Position numbers and translations under genes: made by a program. From Bacillota bacterium (GTDB taxonomy: Bacteria > Bacillota > Sulfobacillia > Sulfobacillales > Sulfobacillaceae): a stretch of 39,044 nucleotides of DNA. Location of the stretch: contig JAJZXC010000001.1 of the NCBI GenBank assembly GCA_021846365.1, positions 1 through 39,044 on the forward strand, given 5' to 3'. The first letter of the stretch is position 1. Each line of letters begins with the position of its first letter. This document shows positions 21,601 through 29,343 of the stretch, in pieces. Under the pieces are notes generated by a model. That model ran no database searches. It saw only the letters and a list, made by a program, of their open reading frames with translations, and had not been told where the DNA came from.

Positions 21601-21943
21601 CGTACCCCTCTATTACGTCAATGGCGCATCGGGTACCTACGTGCCGCAGGCCGTACTGGCCGCCCATAGCCTGACCGCATCACCCGCTACCTCTACGGTT
21701 ACGTCTGGGGCCAGCCAGACCATCTCGGCAACGGTTACCGATGCCTCGGGTCAGCCCGTCGACGGTCAAACCGTAACCGCCTCGGTCCCGTACGGACAGG
21801 GAACGGTCACGCCTTCCTTGGTCACCAACGCCAGCGGCACGGCGACGTTCACCTACACCGCACCCTCCGGCTCGGGGTCGGCCACGGTAACCTTCAGCGT
21901 GCCTCAAACCGGACTCGCCCAGTCGGTCACGGTCCAATACTAG
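18602..21943 (+). CDS. Large secreted surface protein with two ~93-aa N-terminal repeats and multiple bacterial Ig-like (invasin/Big_1-like) repeats
   Basis: Signal peptide SLSLLWSAGALGGLLAMTGAPASTAFA/AD. There is a tandem PHL.V.GP...PY[YF]QF.VN..VVQ...G.YTV..SLG module. These are followed by repeated ...VTV.VVDAGGN.V... Big-like units that are T/S/V/A rich. The AAGGAG at 18597-18602 favours the TTG at 18611 as the true start. No SLH or LPXTG motif was seen. Confidence 0.8.
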   Translation: MIFLSKRRSLSLLWSAGALGGLLAMTGAPASTAFAADPPHLVVYGPSGTLSVGANTAISANVVGATGIPYYQFRVNQRVVQRYSPNNRINLTHLAAGPYTVTARSLGKGQVRRNQWGLFRTKTIHFVVGSPHLTVKGPTHSVAANQSTVIQAAVVDAFKTPYFQFSVNGSVVQAFSAQGTLTLNNLQPGHYTVLVESLGPGQYLKHQFGAARKAVLHFYVPAPRPVAHPVLSVASQQVAPGSADTITAAGIPSGTAVTWSVISSNSSTGLISGQGDSATFVGTAAGDYTVQVSADGATATANIVVYGSATGVNLSTASTTVVGDGEAMDAVTVNVVDAGGNVVSRFNGTVTLNAVSGVTYEQGGQVLPVNNGTVSVSVTSGTATVDVGKIGVPGMTVGLTPSSLVSTNGQSVASTPAYSSTTITSSPQVATSLKFVNLPQYLDANTVVSSPLIAVVVEDQAGYPMLTGNDTINVSVSGSATLVNASNNQNQLTLAYNGFEVPAGVLNPSAEFQVASVQGSTGQITLTASATNLTPATGTIQAVIAGVPSQMSTSLTTNTFAEGSSGTTLQLQAEDAHGVPVGDSSPLVVTVTASGSTSAADNILVNGTPGSAQVGLSPSTGAGSVTLTDTNSGAHAGTYTVTVAPASGYSISFPSQSLTFTETASSLAGVTFVSPSSTIQVPIGNPTAPYRLQLMDRFGNPVAESGVQVQVYAVGHSTDSQSFGQATVNGANTSASSPVTVTTDANGQATVTLAAQQYAYADWQLVATVPVQSGVASALQGPPSADMLVSSEVPASVGVALEDITAGADFQSAGYAVAGDNVNATLTLANQYGTPLTGMQTVTLTIPPGLSGSEPANATDSSTWTLGASNTVTLTLPLANNGQATVPLKAWTEGPANLSASLSGLVSSVSASATMVVQPGPATGLGLFQSGSPLTGAHPLTVTANQPVSLMLEPTDVAGNPVTSSLSEVVTFTNLSSGTVRPTPSGAGLSTVTIPAGQDGVPLYYVNGASGTYVPQAVLAAHSLTASPATSTVTSGASQTISATVTDASGQPVDGQTVTASVPYGQGTVTPSLVTNASGTATFTYTAPSGSGSATVTFSVPQTGLAQSVTVQY

Positions 21944-21986
21944 CCAGGACGCCTGTGGCGGCCGTTCCTCAGGCATTCTGCCCAAG

Positions 21987-22016
21987 ATGGCCCCCGGGAG
22001 CAACCCCGGGGGCCAT
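21987..22016. terminator. GC-rich 12-bp hairpin between convergent genes (putative bidirectional terminator)
   Basis: ATGGCCCCCGGG-agcaac-CCCGGGGGCCAT is a perfect stem lying 44 nt after the surface-protein stop and 49 nt after the hydrolase stop. No strong U-tract. Confidence 0.45.
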
Positions 22017-22064
22017 TTACCTGATTAATGAGACATGCGCCCCGCTAGCCCGCCATTCATGCCC

Positions 22065-22997
22065 TCAAGAGGTTGGCGGAATCTGGCCACAGATAAAATG
22101 TCGCACGATCGCCGCGAAGTGCTCAGGTTCTTCGATTCGCGGGAAATGCCCGCTCTCCGAAAAAATGGCCACTTCGCCTTGGACCACGTTTTCGAGAAAG
22201 GCCAGAACTTGCTCATCAGGGGTGACCAAATCATATTTGCCCTTGATGAGGAGCGTGGGTTGCGTAATGTGCGCCAGCAACGGCACGATCGACTCACTTA
22301 CCTTCCCCTCTTGGAATAACCGATCCGAATGCACGCCGGATCGGCCCCATAGGGCGGAAGGTAGCTCTGAATCGGCCCAGAGGCGAGGGAAAAAGTCCTT
22401 GTTCGGCCCATGGATATGCATGGCTTCCCAGCGGTTCCCGCCGAATTCTGCTTGCAGTGCTTGGAATACCGCCATGAGTTCATCGGCGGTCATATCCCCG
22501 AAGGATGCGGTCCATGCTTTGACGGCATGCGCGGTGTTGCCGTCCTGAAGCCATTCCATTCCCATCGCGCGCAGATGGGATCGCAAAGATTGGGCGAGGT
22601 CGAACGAGGGGCACTCGAGCACCAGCGCCCGCACTGACTGCTGGTGGGTAGCGGCATAGCGGACTCCGAGGTGTCCACCAAAGGAATGGCCCAATACACT
22701 CCACCGCACGATGCCCAGCTGCCTTCGCAAGGCCTCACAATCGGCGATGAGATCCTCCATCCCAAATGCCTCGTCCTCATCAATCGGATCCGAGCGCAAC
22801 ACGCCACGCTGGTCAAACGTAACCACGTGAAAATATTCCGCTAGCCGAGGCATTTGGACGGCGACGAAATCATAACAACTCGCTCCCGGACCCCCATGCA
22901 AATAGACTAGTGCCGGCAGGTCTTTCGAACCAGCCGTTTCCACGTAGAGGTTTTTCCCCCGAACTTCCACCAGATGTCCCCCACCAAGGTCGACCAT
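22065..22997 (-). CDS. Alpha/beta hydrolase, proline iminopeptidase-like (S33)
   Basis: YLHGGPGAS oxyanion region and GHSFGG nucleophile elbow. The start is chosen at ATG 22997, 10 nt after GGGAGGA. The ORF is open to 23033. Confidence 0.8.
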   Translation of the reverse strand: MVDLGGGHLVEVRGKNLYVETAGSKDLPALVYLHGGPGASCYDFVAVQMPRLAEYFHVVTFDQRGVLRSDPIDEDEAFGMEDLIADCEALRRQLGIVRWSVLGHSFGGHLGVRYAATHQQSVRALVLECPSFDLAQSLRSHLRAMGMEWLQDGNTAHAVKAWTASFGDMTADELMAVFQALQAEFGGNRWEAMHIHGPNKDFFPRLWADSELPSALWGRSGVHSDRLFQEGKVSESIVPLLAHITQPTLLIKGKYDLVTPDEQVLAFLENVVQGEVAIFSESGHFPRIEEPEHFAAIVRHFICGQIPPTS

Positions 22998-23350
22998 AAC
23001 TCTCATTCCTCCCGCGTTGTCCGCGTCCGGCATTCCTCGCCAGTGGCGAGGGCCTCAGCGGTTGATCGCGCCAATGTATTACAATATTTTCCTTCCCAGG
23101 AGCTTATCCTGCCCGTTGGTCCGATTGCCCGGGCTCTGATACTTTCACCCAGGTCCGGTTCCCGATGGTCTTCGTGGGCAGCGGACCATCGAAGGCCTGG
23201 GAAGAATCTGACGCTCGGGTGGATGGATTGGGTCGACCAGTCCCTGATTTTCCCCCACAGCAAGCTCAAGACCAAAGGCATTGCAGAGCAGCATAGCCGC
23301 CACGGTCAGGGCGCGACCGTTAGCCAGCCGGGAATTGCGGGCATCGCGGC

Positions 23351-24427
23351 TCAGGATCTGGCCAATTGCCGAATCTGTTCGACCTCGCCGTCAGAGATGG
23401 CGCGCTCGAAGCGGCGAAATCCTGCCAGTCGAAACCCATGGCGGGCTCCCAGGCGATGGATCTCCCGAACCCGTTCCGGCAAGATGTGGGGGCCTAACGT
23501 ATAGGGCTCCAATCTACCGTCAAGCGCCAAGATCATAGTCTCGGCCATGCAGGCCTCAACCATTTTCGGTGGAAAGCCGAAGTTGAGTCCCATGTCGGGA
23601 GATTCGCCGGGCACCATAATGACGCCGCCGTCGATCACCAGCACGTCGGGCCGCTGATCCTTGACTTGGCGCGAGAGGGTCCGCGGGCGGGCCACGTCAC
23701 AAAATACCGAACCCGCCCGCAGATCGGCCGGGTTCACGATATCCTCTTGCTTGGCCGCCGAGACAGCGATCACGATGTCCGCCTGACGGACGGCCTCGGT
23801 CAGCGAGGTCTTCGCCTCGACGGCGCTCTGGCCCTGTTCCCGAAGTTGCGCCGCCAGTTCCTGAAGCGGTTGTGGCCGCCGGGCTACCAAGAGCAGCCGC
23901 CCGACCTGCCCGGCCAACTGCCAACACGCCGCCCTCCCTATCGCTCCGCTCGCCCCGATCACGGCAATGGTGGCGCTTTCAGCTGCGATGCCGAGCCGGC
24001 CGGCGGCAGCCATCGCGCCTTCGATGGCGGTGGCCGTGGTGTAGGAATTACCCGTGGTGACTGGGATCCTCAAGCGCTCGGCGAGCGTTACCCCACGGTC
24101 GCCGGCGATCTTGGTAAACGCGCCCAATCCTAAAATCTCGGCTCCGAGCGATTCGGCCAAGCGCCCTGCCTGTTCCAATTTTTGCAAAACAAAGGGGTAC
24201 GGAGATTCCAACAAAAGCCGCGGGGTCAGCGGCAAACCGATAAGCCAGCCTTCCAATTCTTCCCCGGTTTGGCTCGAACGCACGCCGGTAACATGACCTG
24301 CCACCATGGGATGCACCCATTTAAACGCCGCTTCCACCAGCCCCGGGGGCAAATACCGGGTTATCGGGTATTTGCGGGCAAAGTCATCGAAGCGCAATGG
24401 ATGCACGACAAAGGCGAAACGTCGCAC
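23351..24427 (-). CDS. NAD(P)-binding dehydrogenase of the acyl-ACP reductase (AAR)-like / COG5322 family
   Basis: The architecture resembles cyanobacterial AAR. The N-terminus is FAFVVHPL and is followed by LGLGAFTKI, TTGNSYTTA and the Rossmann motif VIGASGAIGRA. The C-terminus is HGFRLAGF. GTG start. Confidence 0.65.
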   Translation of the reverse strand: MRRFAFVVHPLRFDDFARKYPITRYLPPGLVEAAFKWVHPMVAGHVTGVRSSQTGEELEGWLIGLPLTPRLLLESPYPFVLQKLEQAGRLAESLGAEILGLGAFTKIAGDRGVTLAERLRIPVTTGNSYTTATAIEGAMAAAGRLGIAAESATIAVIGASGAIGRAACWQLAGQVGRLLLVARRPQPLQELAAQLREQGQSAVEAKTSLTEAVRQADIVIAVSAAKQEDIVNPADLRAGSVFCDVARPRTLSRQVKDQRPDVLVIDGGVIMVPGESPDMGLNFGFPPKMVEACMAETMILALDGRLEPYTLGPHILPERVREIHRLGARHGFRLAGFRRFERAISDGEVEQIRQLARS

Positions 24428-24442
24428 TGAGGCTCACCATCC

Positions 24443-24462
24443 TGTGCACAAAACTGTGCACA
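24443..24462. promoter_or_regulatory. Tandem palindromic octamers TGTGCACA-aaac-TGTGCACA (candidate operator) at the AAR-like gene promoter
   Basis: Two identical self-complementary 8-mers at 24443-24450 and 24455-24462. They lie 16-35 nt upstream of the GTG at 24427, immediately downstream of a TATACT -10-like hexamer (minus strand, 24462-24467). Confidence 0.4.
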
Positions 24463-24600
24463 GTATACCATAAATCCGATGGCAAATGTTGTCGGACTTA
24501 GATTGGGTGGGTAGGGACGATTTCCCAATGCGCCTGAATACCATTTGGGGTATGGCGACCACGTCCGACCGGGCGTCCCGCTCGGGTATCTGCCCGACTG

Positions 24601-25404
24601 TTAGAGGTAGTGCAGAGCGAGGGCATTTCTGTAAAGCATATAGAACGCTACCACCATCACGACCGCGGCGAAGAGATAGTTCAACGTCGCCCGCCGCCCA
24701 CTGAGAAAGGTGGCCGAGCGCGCTCCCAAAACGCCGCCCAAGGCTCCGCCGAGGATAAACTCGACGAAAACCGGCCAATTGATGAGACCCGCTGCCGCGT
24801 AGCTCACGGCGGTGGTGAGGCCAAAGGTCCCCACCGCAAACAGTGACGAGCCGATGGCGTTGATAAAGGACATCTGGGTCGAGATAACCAGCGCGGGGAC
24901 AATCAGAAATCCACCGCCGATGCCAAAAAACCCCGAAAGCCCACCGGCCAGGAGTCCCGCCGTCCCCGCCGGCAGCAATCCCTCGGTTTCCCCACCCTGC
25001 CTTGGGCTACGCCAAGACCGTTTTGCAGGCGCACCATTTCCCCGCCGCACCATCAGCAGGGCGATGACTATCATCAGCAGGGCGAATAAGAACAGCAAAG
25101 CCGAGCCATGCAGGCGGCGACCCATGATGGATCCAAAGGCGGCGCCGATCACGCCCGGCAACGCAAAGGCGATCGCCTGCCGCCAGCGCACGTGGCCATC
25201 CCGCCAATGCGGCAGCAGGTTGAAGTAGGCATTCACCGCCACCGCCAGCGCGCTGGTTCCGATTACAACATGGGCGTTTGACAGCCCCACCAAATAGAGC
25301 AGGAGGGGAACGGCCAGAATAGACCCCCCGCCGCCCAACAGGCCCAAGCTGAGCCCCACAATCGCACCCGATCCAATCGATAGCCATCCTTGAGTTGCCA
25401 ACAT
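24601..25404 (-). CDS. TauE/SafE (TSUP, DUF81) family anion permease
   Basis: 267 aa polytopic protein with duplicated GGGGSILAVPLL / GIGGGFLIVPAL motifs. The ATG at 25404 is preceded by AGGAGG. The upstream extension to 25512 is Arg/Gly-rich. Confidence 0.85.
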   Translation of the reverse strand: MLATQGWLSIGSGAIVGLSLGLLGGGGSILAVPLLLYLVGLSNAHVVIGTSALAVAVNAYFNLLPHWRDGHVRWRQAIAFALPGVIGAAFGSIMGRRLHGSALLFLFALLMIVIALLMVRRGNGAPAKRSWRSPRQGGETEGLLPAGTAGLLAGGLSGFFGIGGGFLIVPALVISTQMSFINAIGSSLFAVGTFGLTTAVSYAAAGLINWPVFVEFILGGALGGVLGARSATFLSGRRATLNYLFAAVVMVVAFYMLYRNALALHYL

Positions 25405-25514
25405 TGTACCCACGCCTCCTCTTCCCTGATCCCCACCCAAGCTGCGGAGGCGGACCACGGTGGAACAGACCCTGCGGTCAGCACCGGTAGCCCGACCGTC
25501 TTGTTTCCGCAACC

Positions 25515-25533
25515 ATTATACCCCATAGGGTAT
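25515..25533 (-). promoter_or_regulatory. Perfect 6-4-6 palindrome ATACCC-N4-GGGTAT (CsoR/CstR-type operator-like) overlapping a TATAAT -10 reading toward the TauE gene
   Basis: The plus strand has ATACCCcataGGGTAT at 25518-25533. The minus strand reads GATACCCTATGGGGTATAATGG, so the right half-site overlaps TATAAT (25515-25520). It lies about 110 nt upstream of the TauE ATG. Confidence 0.4.
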
Positions 25534-26583
25534 CTAGTTGCGTTCCGATCTCGGCTGGCGTGCTATGAGTTTTTGCACTGCATGGGGTATCAATGCAAAC
25601 CGACAGCTTAATTGGGAGTATTGGGAGGCCCAGGCGGGATGTGGGGGATGCGAGCAGGGACGAATTCACAAATTCTGCAACGTGCGTCAGTCCTCGTCGG
25701 CAAGGTTGGTTGGAAAATAGGCGGCATCTCAGTGACCGTTGTTGTTTTCACAAGGCCACCGGCGTGTTCGGACATGCAACGTTACGAACCACGGATGGAG
25801 CCCGTCAAAGGCACGTCTGCTGCTCTGCTCTGAAAAACTCCTGCTCCCACCTACGACATCTGCGGACCCATGAGGCACAAGATATAGATGGTACTGGTAG
25901 GAAGGCTCAAAGGTCGCAACGGTGAACATTTACCACCTGTTGGACCGGCTATGGCGGCCGTACGCTCGTCCACCGCCCTCCCACAAGCTAGATGCCGTAA
26001 TAACGCCGGCCCGGTCGAGACGGCGCAAGCATCTCGAATCTGCTCTACGTGCTCTCCGAAGAGGCGACAATCCGTGGTTGCGGAAGGGGTTCGGGTCAAA
26101 CTGCTCCGCAGGCTCGAAGCGCTACAAAGATACCGACCTCGAAAGAATGAACGCTCCATCAGTATAACAGGATTTTTCATGCTCCGTGGTGCCGCCACGG
26201 CGGGATGGGGAACTGCTCGACACTACCTGCCAAGATCTCTTTCACTCGTTTGGTGGTGGGCACCGGTTACGCAGCATGATTAGGGAAGCGGAAACCCCCA
26301 ACCGTTCTCAGCCAATGAAGATGGCCGTGATCACCTCGCCATTGAACATCAGGATTGCCTCGGGGGATGCGATCAACCTAAGCAGGCGGGCCGACTCTTC
26401 AGTCAAATCGGTAGGAGCTCAACCCGCCTTGGGCAATGGCTCGGTTGCCCATGTTTCAGTTAAACGTCCATAGCCTCTACTGGATGCCCCGCCAGACGCA
26501 TCAAAAACGCCAAGGATTTGTTATGATCTTGTCACGATTCCATCTGCCCGCCGGGGTATAATCTTTCAGGTGCCACGGCGCAC

Positions 26584-26907
26584 CTAAAGCTTGCGAAATT
26601 CCTCGACGTTGAGGATAAAGATGACCGCTCCCCCCACCGGCACCGTAACCGGCGAAGCGTAAATATCCGCGTGCAACGCCCCAAAATCCGGTTTATGCAC
26701 GACTTCCCGTTCTTTACAGTGTCGGTCGATAATTTCCAACACCGAGTCTACCTTGGCCTCCTCTACGCCCATCCACAACATGACACTTCCACGTTGAAGA
26801 AATCCTCCCCGGGTTCTGAGGCTGGTGTGAGGAACCTTGTGGCGGCGAAGAGACCGAGTTACTTCGTTGGCATCCTGGTCCTGAACAATCGCTATCACCA
26901 TTTTCAT
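26584..26907 (-). CDS. darA: Cyclic-di-AMP receptor protein DarA (PII-like, YaaQ/DUF970)
   Basis: 107 aa. It contains MKMVIAIVQDQDA...RGGFLQRG...VPVGGAVIFILNVEEF, collinear with B. subtilis YaaQ/DarA. GGGAGG RBS. Confidence 0.85.
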   Translation of the reverse strand: MKMVIAIVQDQDANEVTRSLRRHKVPHTSLRTRGGFLQRGSVMLWMGVEEAKVDSVLEIIDRHCKEREVVHKPDFGALHADIYASPVTVPVGGAVIFILNVEEFRKL

Positions 26908-26952
26908 TTCATTTCCTCCCTGCCCCTACCAAGGTGAGTTTGCCATCCAGTT

Positions 26953-26985
26953 CATCCCCCGGGCCGAGCAACGGCCCGGGGGATG
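26953..26985. repeat. Perfect 14-bp GC-rich hairpin with AGCAA loop, related to the hairpin at 21987-22016
   Basis: The hairpin CATCCCCCGGGCCG-agcaa-CGGCCCGGGGGATG shares the CCCCCGGG...AGCAA...CCCGGGGG core with the 21987-22016 element. Confidence 0.45.
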
Positions 26986-27421
26986 GTCCGCTTCGGAGAT
27001 TCTCACCATCGTCGACCCGAACCCGGCGGCTTAGGTTCCCGAACCGACCGCCGAATAGCTGTTGGGTTGGGCCCCTGTCGATCTGCATCGCTCCAAATCC
27101 GCCATCTCGTCGATCCGGGGATCTCGGCCCGACACCGATTGGGAGCAAACTGCTCGGCTGTCACCTTGAGCATCTGCACTCCTTGGGTCGGGCGATTGAC
27201 CTGACGGCTGCACAGATGACAAGCTTCTCCCTCTCCCTAATATTATACCGCGCACTCTGGTCACCTCTACACCCTCAACCCTGCCAGTGCGGATCCCTAA
27301 GCGTCTGCCGTTATATTCCATGCTCACCACCGGCCCCCCTAGGCACCGCCGGTCAATGCCCGTCATAAGGTGAGGATGCGCGACTTTCGCGAGCAGAAAT
27401 CGGTGCAAGGGAGAAGAGACC

Positions 27422-29269
27422 ATGTGCGGAATTGCCGGTTGGGTCCACTGGGAGCGCGATCTTTCGACGCAGGCGGCCACCATGGAGCAAATGGCCGATG
27501 CCATGAGTTGCCGGGGACCGGATGATCAAGGCATCTGGATGAGTCGGAACGCCGTCTTCTCCCATCGCCGCCTAATTGTGGTCGACCCTGCCGGCGGCCG
27601 TCAGCCGATGGTCCGCACCGAAGGATCCGAGCCCGTGGTTTTGGTCTACAATGGCGAACTCTACAACACGCAGGAATTGCGTGACCGACTTCGGGAACTC
27701 GGCCATCACTTTCACGGGCATTCCGACACCGAGGTGGTCTTAGCCTCATATATGCAGTGGGGAGTTGATGCCGTCCACCGTTTCAACGGGATCTTTGCCT
27801 GCGGAATTTGGGATCAGGCTCACCGGTCGCTCTGGCTGGTGAGGGATCGACTTGGGGTCAAGCCGCTCTTTTGGGCCATCCGGCGCAACAGCCTGATTTT
27901 TGCCTCGGATTTGCGCGCCATGCTGGCTCACCCCGATATCCCTCCCCGCCTGACCGCGGAAGGAATGGCGGAAATCTTCGGTCTCGGTCCTGCCCGGACA
28001 CCGGGTCACGGCATTTTCCAAGACGTCCACGAGGTTCGTCCCGGCCATTGGCTGGAATATTCGCCGCAGGGCCTCCGCGACCGAGTTTATTGGAACTTGA
28101 CCTCGCATCCCCATGCCGACGACCTGACCACCACACAGCACAACCTCCGGGATCTGTTGGAAGACACCGTCAGCCGGCAGCTGGTGGCCGACGTGCCAGT
28201 GGTCACACTGCTCTCCGGCGGCTTGGATTCCAGCATCGTCACCGCCTTGGCGGCCAATACCTTTGCCCGCGAAGGTCGGGGCGCACTGCACACCTATTCG
28301 GTGGAATTCGTCGACATGGCCAAGCACTTCAAGGCCAACGGATTTCAAACCAATCTCGACGCTCCTTGGGTCAACATTGTGTCCCAACACCTGAGTACGC
28401 GCCATCATCGCGTCCTGCTCGACACCCCGGATTTGGTGCGCGACTTAATCCCCGCCCTCTTGGCCCGCAATTACCCCGGCATGGCCGACGTCGACAGTTC
28501 CTTGCTGACCTTTTGTCGGGAAATCAAAGGCGAGGCCACGGTGGCTCTTTCGGGAGAAGCCGCCGACGAGATATTTGGCGGATATCCGTGGTTTCATATG
28601 CCCGGTGCACTCACCGCCACTACCTTCCCTTGGGCCCGAACCTTGAACCAGCGGTTAGCGGTATGGTCACCGGCACTGCTCTCGTTGACTCGGCTGAACG
28701 AATACGTGGCCGACCGCTATCAACAGGCCCTCAGCGAGGTGCCGCGCCTGCCCGGCGAATCGGCCGACGAGGCCCGCTTGCGAGAGATCGCCTATCTAAG
28801 CATCACCCGCTTCATGCCCACCCTACTCGATCGCAAGGACCGCATGAGTATGGAGGTCGGGCTGGAGGTGCGCGTTCCGTACTGCGATCACCGCCTGGTG
28901 GAGTACGTCTGGAATATCCCCTGGGCGATGAAACGGTTTCGAGATCAGCCCAAGGGGATCTTGCGGGCCGCGGTGTCGGACCTGTTGCCCGCGGGCGTGG
29001 TTTGGCGCCAGAAAAGTCCCTACCCTTCCACCGTTAACCCCTCCTACCGGGAAGCGATGCGAAGGTGGCTGGAAAAGGTCTTGGCCGACCCCGAGTCCCC
29101 GCTGCATCCTTGGCTGAACCACGCCTACCTGGCAGACCTGTTGAGGGGCGGTAGCGAAGTGGCGGACATTCCTTGGTTCGGACAACTCATGGGCACCCCG
29201 CACCTGTTTGCCTTCCTGATTCAACTAGACACCTGGTTCCGCGAATTTAGGGTGGAAATCGTCGACTAA
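27422..29269 (+). CDS. asnB: Asparagine synthase (glutamine-hydrolysing)
   Basis: MCGIAG Ntn-amidotransferase N-terminus and the LLSGGLDSS PP-loop. 615 aa. Confidence 0.92.
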   Translation: MCGIAGWVHWERDLSTQAATMEQMADAMSCRGPDDQGIWMSRNAVFSHRRLIVVDPAGGRQPMVRTEGSEPVVLVYNGELYNTQELRDRLRELGHHFHGHSDTEVVLASYMQWGVDAVHRFNGIFACGIWDQAHRSLWLVRDRLGVKPLFWAIRRNSLIFASDLRAMLAHPDIPPRLTAEGMAEIFGLGPARTPGHGIFQDVHEVRPGHWLEYSPQGLRDRVYWNLTSHPHADDLTTTQHNLRDLLEDTVSRQLVADVPVVTLLSGGLDSSIVTALAANTFAREGRGALHTYSVEFVDMAKHFKANGFQTNLDAPWVNIVSQHLSTRHHRVLLDTPDLVRDLIPALLARNYPGMADVDSSLLTFCREIKGEATVALSGEAADEIFGGYPWFHMPGALTATTFPWARTLNQRLAVWSPALLSLTRLNEYVADRYQQALSEVPRLPGESADEARLREIAYLSITRFMPTLLDRKDRMSMEVGLEVRVPYCDHRLVEYVWNIPWAMKRFRDQPKGILRAAVSDLLPAGVVWRQKSPYPSTVNPSYREAMRRWLEKVLADPESPLHPWLNHAYLADLLRGGSEVADIPWFGQLMGTPHLFAFLIQLDTWFREFRVEIVD

Positions 29270-29343
29270 CAATCGTTCCAGCGTTGTTCCCCCTGTCACC
29301 CAGCTCAGGCGGGACCATTTTATATACTTTCACGGTGGTCGCG

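Noticed and set aside
23052-23350. A ~300-nt spacer between the AAR-like gene stop and the hydrolase start, with the hairpin CCTCGCC-agt-GGCGAGG at 23035-23051 and a 49-codon ORF (MLLCNAFGLELAV...).
   Set aside because: The ORF has no convincing RBS or similarity, and the hairpin lacks a U-tract and abuts the upstream ATG. This is not enough to call a gene or terminator.
25851-26283. Overlapping ORFs 25851-26198 (-) and 25888-26283 (+), including a CSTC motif reminiscent of a TnpB zinc finger.
   Set aside because: There is no RBS, no second Cys pair, no RuvC motifs and no recognisable domain. They are treated as part of the unexplained gap rather than as genes.
27236-27256. Possible T-box (UAAUAUUAUACCGCGC) upstream of asnB.
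   Set aside because: Only the UACCGCG tail of the 14-nt T-box matches. There is no Stem I GA motif, AAC specifier loop or terminator/antiterminator pair.
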